Shown: in pieces, positions 57,054-64,000 of the stretch
Layout: every line of letters begins with the position of its first letter
How positions within the stretch are numbered: position 1 is the first letter of the stretch
DNA from: Chitinophagales bacterium
GTDB lineage: Bacteria > Bacteroidota > Bacteroidia > Chitinophagales > LD1
Length of the DNA stretch: 64,000 nt
Assembly: GCA_039811145.1 (NCBI GenBank)
Contig: JBDHYB010000013.1
Coordinates: forward strand, 749 to 64,748
Direction: 5' to 3'
Translations under genes and position numbers: made by a program
The notes under the pieces: model-generated
Told to the model about the DNA's origin: nothing
The model's input: the letters and a program-made list of their open reading frames with translations, nothing else
The model's database searches: none

Positions 57054-57824
57054 ATGCAGCAGAAACTGGAGGCCTTTGCCCGTATTTTGAAGATAATGGA
57101 TGAATTGCGCGAACAATGCCCCTGGGACCGCAAACAAACGCTTGAAAGCCTTCGCCCCCTAACTATTGAAGAAACTTATGAACTGGGCGACGCCATACTG
57201 CAAAAGGATATGAAGGGCATAAAGGAGGAGCTGGGCGACCTTCTGCTGCACATTGTATTTTACGCAAAAATAGGGGAAGAGCAGGGCGCTTTTGATATAG
57301 GTACGGTTATTGACGCCCTTTGCGACAAGCTGATTACCCGTCACCCGCACATTTACGGTGATGTAAAGGTCAATAATGAGGAAGATGTAAAGCAGAATTG
57401 GGAAAAGCTGAAGTTAAAGGAGGGTAAGAAATCCGTTTTGGCCGGCGTGCCAACCTCATTACCTGCCTTAATTAAGGCTTACCGCATACAGGATAAGGCC
57501 GCGCAGGTAAAATTTGAGTGGAAGCATATCGAAGATGTTTGGAAAAAAGTAGATGAAGAAACAGCCGAATTGAAAGAAGCAGTGGCAGAGAACAATGCGG
57601 ATAAAATTGAAGATGAATTCGGCGACCTGATGTTTGCTTTGGTTAATTACGCGCGCTTTTTGAAGGTTGACCCTGAAGCTGCCCTTGAAAGGACGAACCT
57701 TAAGTTTATGAGGCGCTTTAAATTTATAGAGGAAGAAGCCGCGCTGTTAAACAAATCGCTTAATGATATGAGCCTGGAGGAAATGGATGCCATTTGGAAT
57801 AAGGCGAAAGCCCTTGGCATTTGA
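57054..57824 (+). CDS. mazG: nucleoside triphosphate pyrophosphohydrolase MazG
   Basis: Has two MazG EXXE repeats (EETYELGDAI..EELGDLLLH; EETAELKEAV..EFGDLMFAL). Confidence 0.9.
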   Translation: MQQKLEAFARILKIMDELREQCPWDRKQTLESLRPLTIEETYELGDAILQKDMKGIKEELGDLLLHIVFYAKIGEEQGAFDIGTVIDALCDKLITRHPHIYGDVKVNNEEDVKQNWEKLKLKEGKKSVLAGVPTSLPALIKAYRIQDKAAQVKFEWKHIEDVWKKVDEETAELKEAVAENNADKIEDEFGDLMFALVNYARFLKVDPEAALERTNLKFMRRFKFIEEEAALLNKSLNDMSLEEMDAIWNKAKALGI

Positions 57825-57873
57825 AAAAAATAGTATTCCCATTATATTGCCAAAAAGCAGGGATTTGAGTTTA

Positions 57874-60800
57874 GTGCAAAACATCAGGAAATACTTGTTG
57901 CCGTTATTGCTGATAGCGGCATTGGTTGTTTCGCTTTTGCGCCCTGATGTTGCCAACCTCAATTCCATAGCATCTAAAATACAGGATGACTTACAGGAAA
58001 ATGAAACGCTTTTTAAGAAGGAAAGTAGCAACACTGCTTTAACTAAGGCCCTTGTAACGGGCGATTTTAAGTCCCCACTGCTTCAGCAGTTTAGCAACCG
58101 TCATATTTACCTCTACCTCTATCGAAATGATTCACTGGTATCGTGGACAGGTAATATTATTCTTCCGCCTGCCACCATTAACTCTTTTGAAGATGGTGTG
58201 CAGTTTATGAAGTTGAAGAATGGCTGGTTCCAGGTAATCAAATCATCAAAGCCGGCAACGCATGAAATGCTGGTAGGCCTTCGCACGGTTAAACTGGAAT
58301 ACCCTTTCGAGAACCGTTTTTTGCAAAGCAGCTTTGTTGAAGAGTTCCATATACCGGCAAACGTTCAATTGTCCGATCAAAAAATTGAGGGCTCTGTTCC
58401 TGTTTACGATTCAAAGGGCACAGCGCTTTTCAGTCTTTATATTTCCGGCGAGGCTAAAGGCACGGATGTTAACTGGCTGATATTGATTGCACAGTTGTTG
58501 CTGGTGTTACTTGCCTTTTACTACATAAACCAATTAGCGCTGCGGTTTAAAGCCACTGCCGGTTTTCCATTGGCTTTTGCTGCGCTTATAGCAAGCGTTG
58601 TTATAGTGCGGGGCCTAATGTTGTATTTCCGCTTCCCGTTTGAATGTCAAAAACTGGAGTTGTTTAACTCCATGTTATACGGTTCTTCTGTAATAACCCC
58701 TTCGCTTGGCGATTTGATTATTGATTGTGTTATAATGGTGTGGTGGGTTTCTTTTTGGCAAATACACCGCCCCGGAGTTCAAAACAAAACACGCCATTCC
58801 GTTGCAGCGTTGCTGTTGCTGTTTTTTGTTTTTGCCTTTACCGGCCTTATTACCTGGATTTTTAAAACACTGGTAATTGATTCGATAATCTCCTTTGAAA
58901 TTTACAATGTATTGAGCCTGGGCTTTTACAGCTTCCTGGGGTTGGCGTGTATTTCAATGCTTATTATTTCGCACTTCCTGGTATCTGCTACCATTATTAG
59001 TCTTTTGCGCAATAGCGGTGTGGGCTTTATTCAACTTTTGGTAGCAGCTTTTGTCTTCGCTGTAATCTTTTCGCTTGGGGCTTTAAACTCGGAATTTTAT
59101 GAGTCTATACTGTTTGCAGCCGTTTGGACCCTTCTGTTTATAGCCATTGTTTACCTGGTGTTTAATGGCGAAGAGAAAATGAGTGTGCGCAGGCTTATAC
59201 TTTACATAGCCACCTACAGCCTGTTTACTACCTACCTTATAGAAAATTTATATGAACGCAAGGAACGAAACCAAAGGGTGTTTTTTGCCGGCAAGCTGGT
59301 AACCGAGCGCGATTTTGTTGCGGAGTATATGTTTGGTGACATTGCTGAACGTATTTCAGGAGATGCCTTTATCCGCAACTTCTTTAAAAATCCGGTGGTG
59401 TCGCCCCGCGAGATTACCGACCGCATTAACTCGCTTTACCTTGGCGGCTACTTTAATAAGTATGATTTAAAGCTGCGCGCGTTTGATGCTAAAGGAATAC
59501 CGGTTAAAAATGAAGACTCTGTTGCTTTGACCGAATACCTTTGGTTAAGGCACGGCAAACAAGCGGCAGATTCGGATACAAACGTTGTAAAAAAGCCTTT
59601 TGCAGCACCTGAACTGGCATATATCTCTGATACGGCTCAAAACTACTCTTACCTCTCCGTTATAGAAGTTAAGGGAGATAGTTTAGCTACAGGATACTTA
59701 ACGATAGAACTTACCCCTAAAGTTTATTACAGCCAAAACGTATATCCCGAACTGTTGGTGGGTAGCAGCGTAACGCTTTTTAATAATGTATACAACTACA
59801 ATTATGCTATTTACCAGAACGATAAACTGATAGGGCAATACGGCGACTACCCCTATACCTATTACTGGAATAAGGAGTATACCTTTAACGATGGCGATGG
59901 TGCCTTTATTGAAGAGGATGAGTGGGAACATAACATACAACGGTTTGCAAACGGTAAAAAAGTGGTTGTGTCCATACCACGCGAGCCTTTGTTTGAACCT
60001 GTAGCTACCTTCTCTTATCTCTTCTCTTTCCTTTTTGTTGTTGTGGTAGTGGTACTTATTGGCCTGCGCATTAACCGCATGGGAGATGAGGAGAAGCTCT
60101 CTGCCGGCATGCAGCTTTCTTTCCGTACGCGCATTAACTACTCCATGCTGTTGATGATTGTGATTTCCTTCATCATCATAGGGTTTATTACTATTGGGTT
60201 TTTCCGCAGGCAGTATGATAATTTTTACAGCGATAAGCTTTTCAGAAAAGAAAAGGCCATACACGCAAGCCTGGAGTATTTTATACAGCGCAACACTTTA
60301 AATACAGGCGGCCTAAGCCCGGAAATGGCAAATGAACTAAACTTTGAGGTGGCTCGCCTTGCCAACATCAACCTTATTGACATCAATGTATTTGATAAGA
60401 ACGGCGACTTGAGTGTTTCTTCGCAGCCCGGTATTTACGATAAAGCTTTGGTGAGTAAAAAGATGAACCCGCAGGCTTATTTCCGTTTAGAGAATACCCG
60501 GGCTTCGCAAATTACCCAACAGGAAAACATCGGCAAGCTTAGTTACCTGGCCACTTATTCGCCAATACTGAATAAACAGGGAGATGCCATCGCTTACCTC
60601 GGTATCCCTTATTTCGAACGAGCCAAGGATATTAATAACGAGGTATCTACCTTCTTGGTAGCTTTGATGAATGTTTATGTGTTTTTGCTGATAGTTGCAG
60701 CAATACTGGCTTATTTTATTTCTAATTCCGTAACCCGGCCATTAACTATCATTAGCGAGAAACTGCGCGTTTTAAACCTGAACAAGAAGAACGAGCCTAT

Positions 60801-61572
60801 TGAATGGGATAGCAACGATGAGATTGGTGTATTGATTGGTGAATACAACAAAATGATAAGTGAACTTGAGCAGAGTGCGCAAAAGCTGGCGAAAGGCGAG
60901 AGGGAAAGCGCCTGGCGCGAAATGGCTAAGCAAATTGCACATGAAATCAAGAATCCGCTTACACCCATGAAGCTGAGCATCCAGTACCTGCAAAAGGCTA
61001 TTGATGATGGTAACCCCAACATTGAGCAGCTGGCTAAGCGTGTTGCTAAAACGCTGGAGGAGCAGATTGAAAACCTTTCCTCCATTGCTACTGCCTTTAG
61101 CACCTTTGCTAAAATGCCTAAGCCGGAAAATGAGATAATTAACTTAAACGAGTTGCTGAAATCAATTTCAGAGTTATTTAACCGCGAAGGAAATGCTCAT
61201 GTAGAGTTTGAAACCCTTGTAGAGGGCCCGTTGGTATTTGCGGATAAGAACCAGTTGATAAGCGTGTTTAATAACCTTGTGAAGAATGCCATCCAAAGCA
61301 TCCCCGAAAACCGTGAGGGGTTTGTTGATGTAAAAGTGGCGGAAGAAGATGGCTGGTTGATAGTTTCAGTTAAGGATAACGGAATTGGTATAACGCGCGA
61401 AAACCACGATAAAGTTTTTGTGCCGAACTTTACCACCAAATCATCCGGTACCGGTTTAGGGTTGGCTATTTGCAAGCAGATAATTGATGGTAACGGGGGA
61501 AGTATTTGGTTTGAATCGAAGGCCAATGAAGGAACAACCTTTTTTGTGCGCCTCAAAAAAATGAAGGAATAG
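57874..61572 (+). CDS. very large polytopic sensor histidine kinase with an NtrY-type HisKA core
   Basis: The H-box is AWREMAKQIAHEIKNPLTPMKLS, with NLVKNAIQS, DNGIGI and GTGLGLAICKQ. It has more than 10 TM helices and three extracytoplasmic blocks. The start is uncertain: the ORF-track ATG at 57787 overlaps mazG, and candidates after the mazG stop are TTG at 57847 or 57865 and GTG at 57874. Confidence 0.8.
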   Translation: MQNIRKYLLPLLLIAALVVSLLRPDVANLNSIASKIQDDLQENETLFKKESSNTALTKALVTGDFKSPLLQQFSNRHIYLYLYRNDSLVSWTGNIILPPATINSFEDGVQFMKLKNGWFQVIKSSKPATHEMLVGLRTVKLEYPFENRFLQSSFVEEFHIPANVQLSDQKIEGSVPVYDSKGTALFSLYISGEAKGTDVNWLILIAQLLLVLLAFYYINQLALRFKATAGFPLAFAALIASVVIVRGLMLYFRFPFECQKLELFNSMLYGSSVITPSLGDLIIDCVIMVWWVSFWQIHRPGVQNKTRHSVAALLLLFFVFAFTGLITWIFKTLVIDSIISFEIYNVLSLGFYSFLGLACISMLIISHFLVSATIISLLRNSGVGFIQLLVAAFVFAVIFSLGALNSEFYESILFAAVWTLLFIAIVYLVFNGEEKMSVRRLILYIATYSLFTTYLIENLYERKERNQRVFFAGKLVTERDFVAEYMFGDIAERISGDAFIRNFFKNPVVSPREITDRINSLYLGGYFNKYDLKLRAFDAKGIPVKNEDSVALTEYLWLRHGKQAADSDTNVVKKPFAAPELAYISDTAQNYSYLSVIEVKGDSLATGYLTIELTPKVYYSQNVYPELLVGSSVTLFNNVYNYNYAIYQNDKLIGQYGDYPYTYYWNKEYTFNDGDGAFIEEDEWEHNIQRFANGKKVVVSIPREPLFEPVATFSYLFSFLFVVVVVVLIGLRINRMGDEEKLSAGMQLSFRTRINYSMLLMIVISFIIIGFITIGFFRRQYDNFYSDKLFRKEKAIHASLEYFIQRNTLNTGGLSPEMANELNFEVARLANINLIDINVFDKNGDLSVSSQPGIYDKALVSKKMNPQAYFRLENTRASQITQQENIGKLSYLATYSPILNKQGDAIAYLGIPYFERAKDINNEVSTFLVALMNVYVFLLIVAAILAYFISNSVTRPLTIISEKLRVLNLNKKNEPIEWDSNDEIGVLIGEYNKMISELEQSAQKLAKGERESAWREMAKQIAHEIKNPLTPMKLSIQYLQKAIDDGNPNIEQLAKRVAKTLEEQIENLSSIATAFSTFAKMPKPENEIINLNELLKSISELFNREGNAHVEFETLVEGPLVFADKNQLISVFNNLVKNAIQSIPENREGFVDVKVAEEDGWLIVSVKDNGIGITRENHDKVFVPNFTTKSSGTGLGLAICKQIIDGNGGSIWFESKANEGTTFFVRLKKMKE

Positions 61573-63159
61573 ATGATTTCTCTTGTAGATGAAATTGGAT
61601 TAACTGAAACCGGCTTGTTGCCGCCTCTGGTGGCCGATTACCTTGCCGGTAATGAGAAAACAAAGCCGCTTTATAAATATCAGCCGCACTTACAGGCCTT
61701 TGCCTATGTAGTAAAGGACAAAGCAAAGGATGCCATTAACCGAGCATTGCTGGTGGAGGTGCTGGAAGAACAGTATGCTAACATTCCCGCTTCTGATTTG
61801 GTGAAGCAGAACATTAAGCTACTTGCGGAGGCCAGTACTTTTACGGTTACCGCTGCACATCAGCCCTGCCTTTTTATGGGCCCGCTTTACAACATTTATA
61901 AAATAAGCTGCGCAGTTAGCCTAAGTATTGAGCTTAAGAAGGAATACCCCGCATACAACTTTGTGCCCGTGTTTTGGATGGGTAGCGAAGACCACGATAT
62001 GGATGAGCTTAACCATATTGCTGTAGGGGGCAACACATTGGCCTGGAAAGGTGGCTCGGGGGCTGTAGGCAGACTGGATGCAGCTATAATTGCGCCGGTT
62101 GTAGAAAGCTTAAAGGCACAAATAGGGGAAACTGAAATAACACAACTACTGCAGGCCGGCCTGCGCGATTATAAAAGCTTTGGCAAGTTAACGCAGTATT
62201 TCGTAAACGAACTTTTTAAAGCCCACGGTTTAGTAGTAATTGACCAGGACGACAAGAAACTGAAACAGTGCTTTACTGCCGTTGTTAAGGATGAGGTTTT
62301 TAATAAACGGGCTGCTACCGTTTTAAAGGAAACGGTGGAGTATCTTGAGAATAACTACAAAGCACAGGCTAAGCCCCGCGATATAAACTTCTTTTACCTG
62401 GGCGATGGTTTCAGGGAACGGATAATTGCGGATGAAGCCGGAGGCTTTAAGGTCAATAATCAAAATATCTCTTTTACCCATGATGAACTGGAGAAAGAGG
62501 TGGAGGAGTTCCCTGAACGATTTAGCCCTAACGTAATTTACCGTCCGCTCTTTCAGGAAATGGTGCTTCCTAATCTGTGCTTTATAGGTGGCAGCGGCGA
62601 GCTAAGTTATTGGTTAGAGTTAAAGCCATTATTCGATTACCATAAAGTTAACTTTCCGGTGCTTATGCCCCGTAATTCCGCTGCTATACTAAGTAGCGGT
62701 ATCCATAGCAAAATGCAGAAGGCCGGGCTTACTGCCGATTCACTTTTTCAAAGCCCTGAGCATTTTATAGCAGCTAAGATTAAAGCGCAGTCTGATGGCG
62801 CGCTGTCGTTAGCTGAACAAAGAAAGGAACTTGAGGCCCTGTATGACAAGCTAAGCGAAAAGGCCGAAGCTGTTGACGCTACCTTAAAGCAAAGCGCCAT
62901 GGGGGAGAAGCAGAAAGCGCTAAATGCTTTGGATGCCTTAGAGGGTAAAATGCTAAAGGCTGAAAAGCGTAAGCAGGAAACCTTCAGCAACCAGGTGTAT
63001 GCGGTTAACGAGGCACTTTTCCCCAAGCAAAGTTTACAGGAACGGGTAGAAAGCTTTATTCCATTTTACGATACAGGCTTTATTGATAGCCTGGTTAAAA
63101 CATTGAATCCCTTAAACTTTAAGTTTCGGTTTTTCCTTTACGAAAGGCCTGCTAATTAA
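61573..63159 (+). CDS. bshC: bacillithiol biosynthesis cysteine-adding enzyme BshC
   Basis: 528 aa with the FWMGSEDHDMDELNHI motif and a coiled-coil C-terminal region, both typical of BshC (YllA). Confidence 0.8.
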   Translation: MISLVDEIGLTETGLLPPLVADYLAGNEKTKPLYKYQPHLQAFAYVVKDKAKDAINRALLVEVLEEQYANIPASDLVKQNIKLLAEASTFTVTAAHQPCLFMGPLYNIYKISCAVSLSIELKKEYPAYNFVPVFWMGSEDHDMDELNHIAVGGNTLAWKGGSGAVGRLDAAIIAPVVESLKAQIGETEITQLLQAGLRDYKSFGKLTQYFVNELFKAHGLVVIDQDDKKLKQCFTAVVKDEVFNKRAATVLKETVEYLENNYKAQAKPRDINFFYLGDGFRERIIADEAGGFKVNNQNISFTHDELEKEVEEFPERFSPNVIYRPLFQEMVLPNLCFIGGSGELSYWLELKPLFDYHKVNFPVLMPRNSAAILSSGIHSKMQKAGLTADSLFQSPEHFIAAKIKAQSDGALSLAEQRKELEALYDKLSEKAEAVDATLKQSAMGEKQKALNALDALEGKMLKAEKRKQETFSNQVYAVNEALFPKQSLQERVESFIPFYDTGFIDSLVKTLNPLNFKFRFFLYERPAN

Positions 63160-63200
63160 AGTCACTTCATCTTTAGTCTTTTCCCGCTTACATTTACGGT

Positions 63201-64000
63201 ATGAAAATTCTGTCGGCTGCCGAGATTAAGCAACTGGATAATTACACTATAGAGAATGAACCTATTGCCTCTATTGATTTAATGGAGCGCGCTGCCGCTG
63301 CATTTACTGATGCTGTAGTTGCACACCTGCACCTTAGCGACCGAATTTTTGTTATCTGCGGTATGGGTAATAATGGCGGTGATGGTTTGGCGGTTGCCCG
63401 CCAGTTGATACAGCGCGGATACATGCATGTTACTACCTACGTAGTGCGCCACTCGCCCAAGGGAAGTCCGGATTTTTTGAAAAACGAGGAACGGCTTGTC
63501 AATGAAAGCTCAGTTCACTACATCGAAACTGAATTTCAGTTACCCTCTATTGGACCCAATGATAAAATAATTGACGCCATATTGGGCAGTGGCTTAAGTC
63601 GCCCTGTTGAGGGGCTTGCTGCTGCCGTTATTACTGCAATCAATAAATCAGGCGCCGATACCTACAGTATTGATGTGCCATCTGGTATGTTTTGCGACAT
63701 GCCCAATGTTGCAGATGATGTGGTGATACACGCAAAAAAGGTTTACACCTTTCATGCGCCTAAACTTACTTTCCTGCTACCATCCGCAGCACCCTATGTG
63801 CCCGATTTCAAGGTGCTGGATATCGGCCTTAATGCTGCCTATGCCAATAGTCTTCCTTCGCTTAACTATTATCCGCAGCAGGAGCGTGTAAAGCAAATGC
63901 TGCTGCCGCGCACAAAGTTCTCGCATAAAGGCACTTTCGGCCATGCTCTTATCTGTGCAGGTAGCTATGGTAAAGCAGGTGCGGCAGTCCTTGCCGTCAA
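63201..64000 (+). CDS. nnr: bifunctional NAD(P)H-hydrate epimerase/dehydratase (YjeF), 5' part, truncated by the window end
   Basis: My own translation gives MKILSAAEIKQLDNYTIENEPIASIDLMERAAAAF...CGMGNNGGDGLAVARQL and, later, GTFGHALICAGSYGKAGAAVLA. Confidence 0.85.
   Translation, partial: MKILSAAEIKQLDNYTIENEPIASIDLMERAAAAFTDAVVAHLHLSDRIFVICGMGNNGGDGLAVARQLIQRGYMHVTTYVVRHSPKGSPDFLKNEERLVNESSVHYIETEFQLPSIGPNDKIIDAILGSGLSRPVEGLAAAVITAINKSGADTYSIDVPSGMFCDMPNVADDVVIHAKKVYTFHAPKLTFLLPSAAPYVPDFKVLDIGLNAAYANSLPSLNYYPQQERVKQMLLPRTKFSHKGTFGHALICAGSYGKAGAAVLAV

Noticed and set aside
59698-61556. Three long minus-strand ORFs (59698-60264, 60711-61103, 61197-61556) antisense to the giant kinase
   Set aside because: All lie inside one continuous 1.2-kaa frame that ends in canonical HisKA/HATPase motifs. 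The antisense products are low-complexity.
1-64000. Search by eye for defence islands, toxin-antitoxin pairs, prophage or integrase genes, retrons/DGRs, and rRNA/tRNA genes
   Set aside because: I found no reverse transcriptase, integrase, nuclease/helicase cluster, restriction-modification motif set or small paired ORFs. Apart from the riboswitch, the only RNA-level elements I found are candidate terminator or 3'-UTR stem-loops. I cannot exclude small or novel systems without homology searches.

Overview
The window looks like ordinary chromosome from a Bacteroidota genome. Evidence for that placement: five proteins with T9SS C-terminal sorting domains, a fused CcoNO oxidase subunit, TAnnTTTG-type -7 boxes and bshC. 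A Sphingobacteriia/Chitinophagia-like origin is only a guess. Coding density is high, with about 55 genes. Contents, left to right: (1) A complete cbb3 oxidase cluster on the minus strand (ccoI, ccoS, ccoNO, ccoQ, ccoP, ccoG, fixH, tauE-like). (2) A stress/sensing block: a membrane histidine kinase, DUF2892, a 128-aa unknown, a tandem Usp, an SDR, a 472-aa all-alpha unknown and a multi-PAS kinase. (3) Metabolic and housekeeping genes: saccharopine dehydrogenase-like, an alpha/beta hydrolase plus GH1 pair, M42, VOC, fldA, S41 protease, leuS and yhhQ. (4) A solitary IS200/RAYT-like HUH gene in an AT-rich patch. (5) A cobalamin-riboswitch-controlled 7-gene B12 uptake operon. (6) rarA, deoxynucleoside kinase, gatC, a PduO-type adenosyltransferase, a 1209-1241 aa PKD-repeat adhesin, def, ftcD, an M1 peptidase, mazG, a giant NtrY-like kinase, bshC and the start of nnr. 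I found no rRNA, tRNA, CRISPR array, prophage, toxin-antitoxin pair or recognisable defence system. The best candidates for undescribed biology are three. First, the accessory proteins of the B12 operon, two of which carry T9SS sorting domains instead of lipoprotein signals. Second, five FNR/FixK-like boxes that link the cbb3 genes to three proteins of unknown function. Third, a PAS kinase that appears co-transcribed with a 472-aa helical-repeat protein rather than a response regulator. All family assignments rest on motif recognition by eye. No searches were run.
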